Under the pieces are notes generated by a model. It was not told where the DNA came from. It did not search any database and saw only the letters and a list, made by a program, of their open reading frames with translations. The position numbers and the translations under genes are program-made. From Octopus sinensis (taxonomy: Eukaryota), in the NCBI RefSeq assembly GCF_006345805.1, contig NC_043013.1, positions 30,690,001-30,754,000 on the forward strand: 64,000 nt of DNA, read 5' to 3'. Below, piece after piece: positions 1 through 14,957 of the stretch (position 1 is the stretch's first letter; every line of letters begins with the position of its first letter).

Positions 1-769
1 AAATCACACACACCATTTACTTTCCATCGTCGGCATAAAATGTTAATGTATTTTGTCACGCTCACATCCAAGTGGAGTATTTACCAGATGGAACCCCGGA
101 AACTTATTGCATATTTCTGGATATAACGTGTGCGAGGGTACTGAAGTTACGTTGAAGTCTAGGTAAAATATGTAAAACCAAAAGAACTATAAATTACGGC
201 TCTATAACTAATTTTATATCGCATGATTAAGGTCCATTTTCAGATCTCTCTAGTGGCTTGTCAGTATTCATTGCATCAAATCTACACGTTTCTGGAGAAA
301 TTATATTTAATCGACTGTTTTTGCAGACAATCGCTTTTATCACTGAGTCAGCAAACAGTGACATAGTTTGTCAAGGAAAACAGGACAGGAAAAAGTCATT
401 GAGTCATTAAATAAAGTAACTCGAGTAAGTAATCATGAACGTGTTGCTCAAATTGAGAAAATAATATATTTGTTATATGTTCAAAGGGGAAGCACGAAAT
501 CATGGTGATCTTCAAAAAATTTACACTAGTCTAGACACAATGGACGCAAGATTTTCTTATGAAAATTGTTATTGCAGAATTTCCTGATTTTAACAGTTAA
601 ATCGAATCGATGTAGGATGATCTACGAATCTGATCGACTGCTAGGAATGTAAAGTGAATCTGAAAATAATGCGAAATATTTTAAATTTGTTAAGCTGTTT
701 TGCATATTCTCGGTCTAGAGAATATTGCATATTATCATTTTATTCTTCATCACTGCCACATCTGCAAAT

Positions 770-1200
770 TCCGTAACACCAATGATGACCAGTGATGACC
801 TTCGGAAAAAGGTCTGGATCAACTTGCAATTGTTGTTTCAGTTCACGACACGCATTCAGTCGTGACTACTTTTGATCTTCCGTGAGGAAGCGAGGCCCAA
901 ATTTTGCTGCAACTATTTTCCTCGCTCAAAAGTCCTTGCAGGAGATTCAGAACACACCAATCATATAAGCATGATCGTCAATTGTTCAGTGTCGGTCCTC
1001 AAAGATCATGAGCAAAATTTATGTTTTGATCATGGATGGCAGCGTTCTTGTAAGCTGTTTGAAGCATCACGACTCTTTCGGTTGTGGGTTTTGCCCGCAG
1101 AAAACAGAATTTCTCGGAAGTACACTGTTCCTTCGTTTCAGCCATTGCAAAAATCGACGAACAGAGGAGAAGCACAGCAAAACGAAGACGCATCATGTGG
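770..1200 (-). mobile_element. mariner-family transposase remnant, N-terminal half
   Basis: Minus-strand translation gives MAETKEQCTSEKFCFLRAKPTTERVVMLQTAYKNAA (mariner N-terminus like EQR..IKFCF.LGK...ET..ML..AY). After a frameshift it gives RKIVAAKFGPRFLTEDQK*SRLNACRELKQQLQVDPDLFPKVITGHHWCY (degenerate WVPR.LT and TGDE.W motifs). Confidence 0.75.
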
Positions 1201-1364
1201 CAACATAACGTACATAGGCACTGCCAATTGACAGAGGGATGTCTCAGAAATGCATCAACTGGGTCCTAGTGGCGAGAACCTAAACTATAATAGGGTTGCC
1301 CCACAGCGAAAGTTTCCGGTTAGTTTTGGTTATCCCCTTGTACATTATATATATATGTGTGTGT

Positions 1365-1406
<42 letters not shown>

Positions 1407-2329
1407 ATATATGTGTGTGTGCATTTATGTATATGTATGTATGTATGTATCGATGTATGTATGGTTAAAATTTATAGAAAAAGCAAAAGACGAAGAGAAG
1501 TTTATGAGCAACAATCAAATGTAGTAGATTGATTCCGAAAAATGAAGCAGAAGAGACTTACAGTGACATCCACCTTTGAATAAGGCACGTAAAAGAATAC
1601 ACGCTATCAGACATATGCATAGAATTCTATCAAGTATTGTAAAATTGATGACTGCCAACTGCATTACTTCTATACGTGAGACGAAAACACAATGTAATGC
1701 CCCGAATATTTGACACAGCTACTACAAGAACAATACCTTATAGTTCTAATCTGTATAATGAATACAAAAGTTTTCTATTTTCCATACGTATATGAATATA
1801 AATATAAATTAATTTATATACATATATCTACCTGTATACATATGCTTCTAATATAATATATATAACAATTATGTTTGAAAGTTAGTAATCGCTAGTTTGT
1901 TAGAAAATAAAAGAACAACCCCACTAGGGACGTCTACGTAATTTCACATAATTACTCCTCATAACATAAGTATCATTAAGAAGAAAATATTGCTACTTCT
2001 CTGCCAAGTCAGCTACTTTCCCAAATGACTTTGCGATTCATTTATAGAGGTAAGAACAAATTTATTCAGTTTTATTAGCGAGACGTTTGTTCAGATGTCA
2101 CAACGTAAATTTTATTAATCAATTTTGAAAGCGTTAGCACCGGTTTTTTTGATGTGGTAGACAATATATTTTATATAATTGTTTAGTTATATGATAACAC
2201 AAAATTTACTAACGCTGCACCTAATGTATCCGGGTATATAATATTTATATTTATGTGTGTGTGTGTGTATGCGTCTGTAGGTGAGTCTGTGTTTGTGTCT
2301 GAGTGCGCGTGCGTATCTGTGTGACTGTG

Positions 2330-2447
2330 TGTGTCTTTATATATATATATATATATATATATTTCTACACACACATATATATGCATATATTTATAATCAT
2401 ATATTCACACATATAATCATATATTCACACATATAATCATATATTCA

Positions 2448-2490
<43 letters not shown>

Positions 2491-2537
2491 TAATAGAATG
2501 ATATATATATATATATTATATATATATAGAGAGAGAG

Positions 2538-2572
<35 letters not shown>

Positions 2573-2583
2573 AGATAGATAGC

Positions 2584-2651
<68 letters not shown>

Positions 2652-2652
2652 C
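2330..2652. repeat. compound microsatellite/minisatellite: (TA)n, ~3 x 20-bp ATAATCATATATTCACACAT, (TA)n, (GA)n, (TAGA)n
   Basis: Read directly. The 20-bp unit is repeated at ~2393-2450. Confidence 0.9.
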
Positions 2653-2914
2653 AGGCACAAGCAGAAACATATATGACAAGGATATATTGAAAGGGAAATT
2701 ATGATCATCAATAGCTATAATACCATCGTCATCATCGTCGACGTCATAATCATGACCATGATTATTGTCATGATAAACATCACATTTATCCCCATCAGAG
2801 TCATCTCAAATACCGTCTTCGTTGTCACCAGTATTCGTATAATCACGAATGTTCTGGCAATACACGTCAGGTAGAAAATCGAATAAAAAATAATGATTGT
2901 CAAATATATATATA

Positions 2915-3340
2915 ATCTTAGATAAACTTAGATATGTTTCGACCAAAGATTGGTCCAGGCCATGTCTAACTTAATAGCACCACCTGATAGGATTATTCGA
3001 ATCCTTTTTATGTCAAGTTTTGTTTATGGTCCATTCAAGTAGTGAGTTCTTGTTGGGTGAGTTGTATCCAATTATGGGTGGCTTATCTGGTATTCTTTGA
3101 AGGAATCTATCCAGACTCCGTTTAAAGTTGATGGGATCCTTTTCCTCTTTGATCTCTTTCGGGACAATGTTAAATAGGGCAGGGCCTGTTGAGGAAAAGA
3201 AATTATGTTGCAGTGTATATGTATGCTGTGATCTTGAATTGGGCAGTGGACGTATGGCCCGAGGTCCCAGTCTTGGATGAACCTTGAAGCCAATGTTCAG
3301 GTAGTTTGGGCAAAGTTGGCGGTATATTCTCCACATCGTA
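2915..3340 (-). mobile_element. 5'-truncated 3' end of a CR1/L2-like LINE
   Basis: ORF 3013..3537 encodes [43 protein letters not shown]....NSLLEW, typical of a CR1/L2 ORF2 C-terminus. It is followed by a short 3' UTR with a hairpin and (ATCTAAGTTT)-like tail repeats. Confidence 0.75.
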
Positions 3341-3344
3341 CAAA

Positions 3345-3456
3345 TGAAGGAGTTCAGTCTGCGTGGCACATTAGGCAAGTGTCTCCTACTATAGTCGCGG
3401 GGCGAGCAAGGCCTTGTGGGTGGATTTGATAGACAAAAAGTGAAAGAAGCCCGTCG

Positions 3457-3528
<72 letters not shown>

Positions 3529-3812
3529 TATATACATATATATATATTTATGTATCCATATATATATATATATATATCCATATATATATATGTGTGTGCG
3601 TGTGTGTGTATATATGTTTGTGTATCTGTGTTTCTCCCTCCACCGTCGCTTGACAACCGACGCTGGTGTGTTTGCATGACTTAGCTGTTCTGCAAGGCAT
3701 ACCGATAGAATAAGTACTAGACTTACAAAGAATAAGTCCTGGGATCGATTTGTTCGCCTAAAGGCAGTGCTCCAGCATGGCTGCAGTCAGATGACTGAAA
3801 CATGTAAAAGTG
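3345..3812 (+). mobile_element. tRNA-derived CORE-like SINE with internal (TA)n/(TG)n, 5' part lost
   Basis: Matches the full copy at 29437-29852 (GGCAAGTGTCT..CTACTATAG, GAAAGAAGCCCGTCG-(TA)n, 3' CAGCATGGCTGCAGTCAGATGACTGAAAC). Confidence 0.85.
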
Positions 3813-4417
3813 AATATATATAGAAAATGGATGTTGAAAATGAGAGACAGCATCGCTATAATTAGTATCTTCTCTTTGACAAGTTGAATTTATACAACTA
3901 ACAGCTTAAACAAGATACAAGACTTTTCCTGTGTATGATTTGTATTAAAATGTGATACAAACCACATTAGCACATGTCCACATTAGCACATAATCAATTA
4001 AATATAGAGCCTTGTTCGGGCATCTAAATTTATAAATAGACATGTTCATTCAAACATGTCAATTTTAATTAGTCAGATGATGTTAACACTGGGGAGCCTA
4101 CAAAAATTTCTAAGGCTATTCACGTTAACATCCTCTATAACATTTGACAGATAAAGTTTGTGATCCTCACGAGATACATTAAATCAACATTGCGACGTAC
4201 CCGAAATAGATACCAATTTCAGCTGTTTCCTATAAATACAAAAGAATTTTTGAACTCCAATCAGAAGCAAGGTAGTAGCAGTATAGTATCTCAAAGTTTG
4301 AAAATCAAAGAAACTTGTGAAACGGGTTAACTCTTTAAAATACTTAAAATATAATGCCTAATCCAATCCTAGTGCATTTTCAACATTTTTCTATATGGGG
4401 TGTGGATTGAAATAATC

Positions 4418-5033
<616 letters not shown>

Positions 5034-6255
5034 ACCGACGTTTGAGAAAACATCAAATTTAGCATTTAAACATTGTTTCTTTTAATGAACTGTTTCTTTC
5101 GCATCGATCAAATCTACAAGAATAATAACGCTTTTATATGTCAAGCATTTTCGAACGAACATGAGAATTTCTAGTATTTACTATACCAAACATTACAATT
5201 AGCAGATAATACTGGCGTTGCCCCAACTGCTGTTTACATACTAAGCGAACTTTTATGAATCTTTTGCTCGCTAATTGCTCCGTTATAGGCAAAGGGAAAA
5301 CGTTGTTCAACTATATTACATAGATAATAATTTACTTTTACTTTCACTTCGCACATTGACAACCATACGAGTCATAGTTATAACCAATCCGCTTCCACAA
5401 TATGAGATTATACTTGCCTAGGACTATCCAGTTTCCCAGTCAAGATATCTCACCGGTTGGATTTGAATATAATGTACATTTTTATTGTCCATTCAGTATT
5501 TCCAATAAATAACAATTCTAAGTATTTTTAATTATGTCCCTTGACGTACGTTTTAGGTTTAAATCAGCCGAAAATGTTTTCTCCCAATAGTATAGCTTTT
5601 CTCATCTTATTACATTAATTAAGCCACGGATATATATTGGAGTGAATTGAACACATACAAAGAGACACACGCACGCACATATGCACACACAAATATAATA
5701 AGCGGGATATTCTCTGAAATACTTGTATTCATTTATGAATGAACAGCAACGTATATTTATATATGACATATATATATATACATATGTATGTTTGTGAGTA
5801 TGTGTGTATGTATGTGTGTGCGTTCGTGTGCGTGTATACATGTAATATGCATGTAAGCGTATATAAACAGACGATACAAATATTACAGGCATCCCCCCCA
5901 CACACACTAAATAAACATAGGCGCACATAGAGATATAAGCATGCGCAAATGAAGACATACAATAGAAATACAAAATGGTTGACGGTTAGTAAGGAGAGAC
6001 ACAAATAAGAAAGAAGAAAACAAAGGACTACTGATGCGGTCACAGGAGTGTGACGAAAGATCTCTAGCCGAAATAAGATTAAGATTAATGTAAAAAATAA
6101 ATAACACTGAAGCAAAGTAACACCAAATATATAGTGCGTGTGTTTTTATTGGCTAAACTGGCAAAGTGACCATTCCGAAATATAACAATATCTGTTTCAA
6201 CACACGACTTCACATAAAAAATCTTGCACAACAAATATATAAACGTACTATATAC

Positions 6256-6303
<48 letters not shown>

Positions 6304-7089
6304 ACAAACATATATTTGTGTACATACACTTACCTTTTACAAAAACAGTATTATTTACATGTACCTGTAAGCTGTTATAGATATGTTTTTCATGCAATGT
6401 CTCCTCTTAATTACGTCATGTACTACAAAACGAGATAGTTCCTTCCTTTCTCTAAATATATATTATCTTTTACGACGTATGAAATCGAATGTACGCTTGG
6501 AGAAATACAAGTTAAATCACATATTTCTTTACGTGAAAGGATTATAAATATCTCGCTCTGATTTCATTTAATACATACAGATATTGCAGGATATAACATA
6601 ATTATTTCTATACGATCCTTTAAGCGCACACCGCTTTTCTTATGTTTTGGAAAGCCAGCGGGAATATCATTATCTAATTTTCATTATTCATAATTCACCT
6701 CAGTAATGACATTCATAGCGATAACAATAAAATCAGAAACGAATTCATCTTACTCAAATATTTCATTTAGAATTATTTCATAAATTTACCATTGGCATTG
6801 AAGGTATAGTCACTTTATCTTTAGTTTAAATTACATTTCTCATTGAATTTCTTAACACTTTGTCCTATATTTCACGTATTTCAGCAAAATACATGACGAT
6901 AATACTTTCATATAGCACACATAACATTCGCATTTCGTTTACGTTTGTCTGGAGTTGAAAGTTATACATGGATACATATAAAAATTAATATCAAAAACAG
7001 GGTGCGACTAGAAAGTCAGGTACATACTCTTCGTATTTTATGAAATTTTGTAGCTATGGAATTCGGCATGGAAGAGTGTGTTATATTGA

Positions 7090-7560
7090 TTTTAAGATTT
7101 GAAGGCAACCAAGGAATTGAGATGACACATGGTTAAACAATGACTGAAGTGGAGAAAGGGTAGCACTATAAGTATTTGTGATTATTGGAGGCTGAGGAAA
7201 TAATATATGAAACAAATTATAAATAGGTAGTATATAGGGGAAGTGAGAAAAATATTACAGTGAAGGTAGGGTTTATAAAAAATGTTATTGAAGCGATAAA
7301 TTCAAGATCAGTCCAAGCTTTCAGACGTTGTGCTCGACTTGTGGATTGCACAAGAAGCAATATAGTGAAACTAGAAAGCTGTTGACTATGTATGGAGGCC
7401 ATCACCAGAAATCGAACATTAACCGGTTGAGAAAGCCAGGATGTAAGAGGTTTAATTGATGTGGAAGATGTTTAATTGAAGGTAGAAGCTTACTAAACTA
7501 TCTATAGACCGGCACAAAGTAATTACTAACGGCAGTGAAAAAAGAACATGTGATCAAGTG
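7090..7560 (+). mobile_element. old R4/Dong-like LINE remnant (RT thumb region)
   Basis: Degenerate plus-strand translation: GIEMTHG.TMTEVEKG.HYKYL.LLEAEEI, NVIEAINSR, KTRKLLTMYGGHHQKSNINRL, RGLIDVEDV. This is homologous to the R4-like motifs of the minus-strand copies in this window. Confidence 0.6.
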
Positions 7561-7654
7561 TGGAATAGGAAAAAAGACAAGAATATAATTCAAAGGAAAT
7601 ATGATAAATTGATTAGGCTCGATGTGATCGGATTATCCCTTCTTTTGAAAAGGT

Positions 7655-7790
7655 GTTTCACTCATGATCACGAGTTTGTGGATTTCAATTCTTAGACGGG
7701 GTGATGCGTTTTATTCATTTCATGTTGCTCTTCACCCAATTCGGCTCCTCACACGTGTCACAATGTGCACCTGTACAAAGAATATCGATT
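7655..7790 (+). mobile_element. degenerate tRNA-derived SINE (same family as 43205-43460)
   Basis: GGTGTTTCACTCATGATCACGAGTTTGTGGATTTCAATTCTTAGACGGG aligns with the head of the 43.4-kb copy. Confidence 0.5.
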
Positions 7791-7879
7791 TGATGGAGGG
7801 AGTGAGCTAATGTGCAACACATATATTTGATCAGGTCATCCAGTAAGAGAGCTGAATTCTAGTACGTAGACGTCGACGG

Positions 7880-10181
7880 AAGTGTAGGTTCCAACTCTGT
7901 CTCTGAATATATTCCTTCTTAGCCAGGACTGAGCAGCCATATATAATATGATTTATTGTTTCTTGTCCATCTCCACACATTCTCCAGTTACTTGTTATAT
8001 TTCTTTTCATTACATGTTTTTGGTAATTTCTGGTGGTGAGGCTTTGGTCTTGTGTTGCAATTAAAAATCCTTCAGTCTCTGCTTTGAGTCTTGAGCTTCT
8101 CCACCATTGCTGGGACTTTTCTTTGTCTATTTCTTTTGCATTTAGTTTAGTGCAGTATTTACCATGAAGGGGCTTTTCTTGCCATCGTTTTATCATGGTT
8201 CTTTGCTGTTCTAGTTTTAGTTTGGATTTCATTTGTTTTATAGCTTTTGTTGTTTCTTCTTCTTCTTCTTCTTCTTCATATTTGTTAGGTGGTGTGATTT
8301 CTTGTTTGTATTTGTCTGCTTCCTTAAATACTGAGAACAGTTTTTTGTTTTGCTCATGTTTTCCCGCTATTTGTATCAGTTTTCCTTCCTTCTGAAGTAG
8401 ATATTTTTGCAGTCCTATGGTGGTTATTTTGTAGTAGTTTTCCAGTTGTATAAGGCCTCTACCACCTTCTATACGTTGTATATATAGTCTTTCTATATCA
8501 GATTTTGGGTGATGCATCCTAGATCCTGTCATTATTTTTCTTGTTTTCCTATCTATTTTGGTCAGTTCATTTCGTGTCCAGTTAAGGATATTGTAGCTGT
8601 AACTTATAACTGGGACAGCTAAAGTATTACTACCTATTATCTTGTTTTTAGCATTGAGCTCTGTTTTTAGTATTGATCTAACTCGTCTATAATATTCTTT
8701 TTTATTTTCTCTTTCATTTGTGTTGTATCTTATCTAGTTCATGGATTCCTAAGTATTTGTAAGTTTGGCTTTGGTCTAATTCTTTTATTTCATTGGTTTT
8801 ATCTAGTGTGATGTTGCTACTCTTAACTAGTTTTCCTCTTTTCAGGGTTACTTTGGCACATTTCTCTAATCCAAATTTCATATCTATTTCTTTGGTAAAT
8901 CCACGAACTGTCTTTAATAGTGTTTCCAGCTGTTTGTCATTTGCAGCGTATAGTTTTAGGTCATCCATATATAAAAGGTGGCTGATCGTTTTGCCGTAAC
9001 ATTTATATCCGCATCCAGTTCTATTTAGCATATCAGATAGAGGTGACAGTGCAAAGCAGAAAAGGAGTGAAGAGAGAGCGTGTCTCCCTGGAATATTCCT
9101 CTTCTAATGGGGATGGCTTTGGTTTTCTCCCTCTTTTGTTTGGAGGTGTAGGAATGTTTGCCATTTATTCATAGAGTGTCCTATGAATTTTATAATTGTT
9201 GATGCTAATTTGTTAATGGTTAGTGTTCGAGGATCCATGTGTGGGGGATGCTATCAAACGCCTTTTTGTAGTCGATCCAGGCCATACTGAGGCCTCTCTT
9301 CCTTCAGTGGCTGTCTACAGTTATGGCTTTATTAATCATTAGTTGATCTTTACAGCCATATGAGCCTTTGCGGCATCCTTTCTGCTCATCAGGAAACATG
9401 TTGTTTCCGTCCATGTGCTTGTTCAACATTTGCGATATCACTGCAGTAAATGCCTTGTACATTGTAGGGAGACATGTTATTGGTCTGTAGTTTTCTGGTT
9501 TTGTTGTCTCATTTGATTTCGAAATTAAGATGGTTTTTCCCTTCGTGAGCCATTCTGGCATTGTCTCTGGCTCTGCTAGTATGTTGTTAAAGTTTTCAGC
9601 CAGCTTTTTGTGCATTCCTGTTAGATATTTCAACCAGAGGTTGGGGATCTTGTCATGCCCAGGTGCCTTCCAGTTGCTTAGTCTTTGCAGTGCCTGGGTG
9701 ACCTCTTCAGTTGTTATGGGGGTCCAAATTTGCTCAGATGCTGAGTTTGTTGTTTTAATACTCCTTTTTATTTGGTTGTTCGTTCGTCGACCATATTTCT
9801 CTCCAGAATTCTTCCATTTCTTCTGCAGTTGGTGCTGCAGTGATTTCTATTTTGGTAGAACTTTTTGGGGTTGGAGTTGAACTTTTTGTTTTGTTCAAAG
9901 AAGCGCTGGCGTTTCTCACACAGGCGGATCCTTTGTGCTTTGGCAAGGATATCTTGCTTTAGTTTTTCTTTTATCTCAGGTAAATCTTTTTGTGTGATGT
10001 TGTATTTGCGGAGTATTTTTGTTTTCTTTTTGTTGCTCAGTAGCGTTGATTGTCTACTGGTTTTATTAAGAATCGACAGATCTTTTCTCATTTTTTGTAT
10101 TTTGTTTTGGATGTTATTTATCCACAGGGTTTGTTTGGGTGGTGGTACTCCTGTTTGGATGGGTTTGAGTGAGGATCCAGC
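7880..10181 (-). mobile_element. R4/Dong-clade (RLE-type) non-LTR retrotransposon, fragmented RT + CCHC region
   Basis: ORF pieces: NYRPITCLPTMYK, QKGCRKGSYGCKDQLMIN, HLLYMDDLKLYA, RMHHPKSDIERLYIQRIEGGRGLIQ, LKAETEGFLIATQDQSL, (C)RMCGDGQETINHIIYGC. Several frameshifts. The 5' end abuts (TAA)n and the 3' end is truncated before the RLE domain. Confidence 0.9.
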
Positions 10182-10232
10182 TTATTATTATTATTATTGT
10201 TATTATTATTATTATTATTATCATTATTATTA

Positions 10233-10278
<46 letters not shown>

Positions 10279-10415
10279 CATTATTGTTATTATTTTATTA
10301 TTATTATCATTATTATTATTATTATTATTATTATTAATAATAATAATAAAATACTACTACTACTACTACTACTAATAATAATAATAATAATAATAGTAAT
10401 AATTATAATAATAAT
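10182..10415. repeat. (TTA)n array that inverts to (TAA)n/(TAC)n at ~10335
   Basis: Read directly. Confidence 0.9.
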
Positions 10416-10418
10416 GTC

Positions 10419-10858
10419 ATTGAATGAGAGAGCAGTGCATGCCACCAAAGTGGCATTGGGGTAAAACATACGAAGCCCGATATACCCATCATGACTACCC
10501 GACTGATAAGGGTACACCAGGCACATGCACCACAACCATGTGTGCGCAACATGGTGATCTCATATCAAGATAAACAACGAATGACCTTGCAGGTGGGACC
10601 CAGTTATAATTCTCTTCCGATTGCGTAGCCCACCTTGCTCAAATAGTCCATGAATGTGGGTTGTTTAAGGATATTATACACCCATGCTCAAATGGTTATC
10701 GTCAATCATCTCCCAAGCGAATTGGTGGTACTGAGTAGAATATTTGACGTAGTCCATCTTTTATACCAACACAAAACAATAAACATGATAAAACTGCCAG
10801 CCAGTTAAGATCAGAAGCCATGACATCCAGTGCTTGGCAATGCATCAGGGTATCTATT
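10419..10858. mobile_element. unclassified non-coding interspersed repeat flanked by TAA/TTA runs
   Basis: GC-richer ~440-bp block bounded by trinucleotide arrays. It resembles, from memory, an abundant Octopus repeat; not verified by search. Confidence 0.4.
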
Positions 10859-11924
10859 GTTAGTATTATTATGATTATTATTATTGTTTGTTTGTTCGTG
10901 GGTGTGTGTGTGTGTCTACATATATATTCGATAGAGAAAAAAGTGATCTCTCATCAAAAGCTGCCAAGGTCAACTTTGTACTCCATCCCTCCTTGTTCGA
11001 TAATTCGAAGTACCAGTGAAGTACTAAGATCAATTTAGTCGAGTGAAACCCTCCGTCGGAATTTCCAGCTTTATGACTAAAACAGAAATTATAGTAACTG
11101 AAGATGACTTCAGAATTTGTTTCTTTTCTCTATCGAAACCAGAAGAAAAGTTATGTAATTTTTTAATTATTCATTTTATTCAAAATGCTGGTAGTGGAAT
11201 GGAAATTGTAATTTAATTTATTTTTTACATCTCTATAACAAATATTCTCAAATATTTCCATATTTTCATTGATAATTAAGTAAGGATTTATAGAATGAAA
11301 ATTATAAAAAATGATAATACTTATTTAAATTCAGGAAATAGAACAAAATTCAATACTGGATACGAGAAAGAAAATCACCTGGTAATTCAACAAGTTAATA
11401 TATATTGTTTAGACCACACGTAAGACGTGTGCATTTAAGTGATCATTATACTTGTCCCGTAATATTTGTTTTTACTTTATTATTTCGATGTTAATTTTAT
11501 ATCCAAGTAGACAATTATGACTTCTCTAGCGCGCGTTGAAACAGTAAGCCCGTAATTATTCTGCGATTTGGCATATGATCATTCTTGGTTATTCCAAGAC
11601 ATATAGTTTTTAATAACTTTAGGAAGGAAAATATGATGCAATTTAATAGCATCTTATTCGGTAAATTATACTGAGTGTAACATGGGAATGAATTGGAAAC
11701 ATTGGGAAAGCAATGACAGAATGATATTCACACCTCACTTACACACACAGGCACAGACACAGACACACATATATATAAATAAATGTATAAATAAATCAAT
11801 TTGATGTATATGTGTATATATACATGTTTATGTCTATGTATGTATACCTTCATCTCTATCACAATCTATATATCCATTTACTAATCTGTCCCTCCTCTCT
11901 CTTTCTCAGTATATGTATGTATGC

Positions 11925-11993
<69 letters not shown>

Positions 11994-12011
11994 CCTATCT
12001 ATCTATCTATA

Positions 12012-12046
<35 letters not shown>

Positions 12047-12078
12047 ATATATATATATGTATAACGGTACAGAGATCG

Positions 12079-12116
<38 letters not shown>

Positions 12117-13059
12117 CATAGGGCGGTATATGTTTTCTCTTTCTTCATAGATGAAGGTATCCGTCAATTATGCAAGTAATAAACATACATATTTTCATGC
12201 GAAAACATGCATGAGCAACTTTCATTTTATAATTATAGGAGAATTTTCCTGTTTAGAGTGTGCAAATGCCAGTATGGTCCAAATCTTGCTCGTAACATTT
12301 ATTATATAATATTCCTCAGCAAATTACATGTCCGATGGCCATATGTTATTATTTGTGCTATTCAGAGTTGTTGGTATTGAGATGTACTAGCAGCGTTTCT
12401 AGCTTATTTCATCATTAATCTCATTTAAGCAAATAAAAAGTTATAATATTTATCTTATTCAACATATTAAGAACAGTTTGATATGCGAAAACAATGGCAA
12501 AACTCTTGACCGGTGCTAACATCACCTCTAAAATAAATAACGAGATAATCGCGTTTACAAACAATGGCAGTTCTCGTGTCACTACGCATACTTTCCTACA
12601 AAAACCCAGCCTTTATTTAAGTAAATATTTCGTAAATATTTAGTAACACTCTCTGATGCGATATATGTTTTTCTTTTTTAACTATTTCTCACACAAACAG
12701 ATTCAAATGTAGAATGAAAGGTATATTTTCAGGCAGCCACTTGAAGCTAAAATGGTATGTTATGTTTTAATATGGATGCTGATACATTTGGGATATTATA
12801 GCCTTAATACAAATGTACCATCATTGAAAGAGAATTGTGTATTTGTGGTCTCTAGAAAATAAGTATTTCTTTATCGCCGTTGTCTAAATGTATATGTTTT
12901 CAGAATATTTTAAACAGTAAAATATGGAAACCTAATAAGGATGGGATCGTGCACTAAAGATCACGTAGCAAACGTACATGATTTCATATTCAATATTAGA
13001 AAACTCAATATATGTATACATGTACGCACAAACATACATATATATATGTTTTTTATGTT

Positions 13060-13091
<32 letters not shown>

Positions 13092-13101
13092 CATGCATAC
13101 A

Positions 13102-13168
<67 letters not shown>

Positions 13169-13601
13169 TACTTATGCATCGGATGATCGAGAGCAAGTAA
13201 GAGTACATGAACTATAACAGAATTATTATATGGAATCAGGACACGCAAATTATATATAATAGCACATTAGATGTACTTACGTAGTGTACAATGTATACAT
13301 TTTCGGGTCCAGGCGAAAACAACGTAACTAGATTATTTAAACGGCTCAGAGATAATTTCAGGAATGGTGCATGATTACACATAATCGCTCACATTTTTTC
13401 TTTTATCTTCTACTTATTTCAGTCAGTGGCTGAGTCCATGCTGTTGTATAGCCATTGTCTCTCCTGGAAAACAGAGGGAGATTGCGTAAATTAAATCAAA
13501 CATAGATTCTAATTTGAAACTAGAGACTACAACACGTGGGAAGCAACACGTTGGAAATATATATATCTATATCTATATCTATCTAACTATCTATCTATCT
13601 A

Positions 13602-13637
<36 letters not shown>

Positions 13638-13789
13638 TCTCCGTTTATATTATTTTTATTTTTTCTAGTCTAACAATATAATGTAGTATGGAATAATACC
13701 TAAGAAAAGCAAGACCATATATGAGTATACATAAATATATATATATATACACACATAAATATCTATGTATATATATACATACAGCTATG

Positions 13790-14362
13790 GTCACCCACCA
13801 GTGTAAAATTAACAGCAGACCTTGAAGCAATCCAGAGAAGATTCACAAAGAAGATCGTCTCTTTGCAACAGCTCAGCTACTGGGAAGGGTTGAAACAGCT
13901 AAGACTCTACTTCCTGGAGAGAAGACGGGAGAGGTATGCAGTAATATATGTCTGAAAGATCCTGCAAGGAATTGTGCCAAATTTTGGCATTGTAAGCTAC
14001 ACCAATGCTAGAACGGGACGACACTGCATAGTGCCAAAGATCCCAGCAATGCCATCACGCTTCAGGATCAGCTTCTGCAACAGCCTGGGTTTGAAGGGCC
14101 CACAGCTTTTTAATATTCTCCCAAAGAGTCTGAGGAACGTGCACAAAGTAGATGTAGGGGTTTTTAAATCAAAGCTGGACATCTTCCTGTCAAGAGTCCC
14201 AGATGAACCTACCTCACGGCAAGAGGTGCAAATGAGAGTAGCTGTATCAAACTCTATTCTTCACCAAGTGCCACATATTAGACGAGGTTCGTCGCAATAA
14301 CAGTGTAGCACAAAATGGCGGTGCATCAGCATGGCCGCAGCTCTGAGCTGAAACTAGAAAAA
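13790..14362 (+). mobile_element. 5'-truncated CR1/L2-like LINE 3' end
   Basis: QLWSP...IQRRFTKKI...LRLY.LERRRERY...GPQLFNILPKSLR...FKSKLDIFLSRVPDEP. Related to 55500-56130 and ends in a stem-loop plus A-run. Confidence 0.9.
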
Positions 14363-14393
14363 AAATATATATATATCATATATATATGAATAT

Positions 14394-14440
<47 letters not shown>

Positions 14441-14504
14441 TACATATATATGTATATAATACATACATGTATATATATATATATATTATATATGTGTATA
14501 TATA

Positions 14505-14546
<42 letters not shown>

Positions 14547-14577
14547 ATATATATATGTATATATATATATATACATA

Positions 14578-14628
<51 letters not shown>

Positions 14629-14957
14629 TATTATATGTAGAAAAATACAAACTGGGACAAGAACGTAAAACATTTAGAAGACGATAAAAAAAACACGGAC
14701 GGGACATTCGAAGCCTTCAATCTTCAGTCAAGAAGATTGTGTACATACTCACGCGCACACATACATATATACATAGGTGTGGCTGTGTGGTGTGTGGTAA
14801 GATACTTGCTTCCGAAACACATGGTTCTGTGTTCAATCGAATTGCCTTCTACTATGGTTAAGTGTCTTCTACTATGGCCGAGGGCCTACTAATTTCTTGT
14901 GAGTGAATTTGGTAGACGGAAACGGAAGAAGCCCGTCGTGTATATCCATATATACAA

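Noticed and set aside
872-1231. 119-aa plus-strand ORF as a host gene
   Set aside because: It is antisense to a recognisable mariner remnant and has no independent protein signature.
2393-2450. Short direct repeats as a CRISPR-like array (also the 46-bp and 76-bp repeats)
   Set aside because: The units are contiguous with no unique spacers, in a eukaryotic context.
14680-14735. Minus-strand CTGAAGA-hairpin-CGAAT next to (TA)n
   Set aside because: It has GAAT instead of GAAA and no stem I or stem III pairing.
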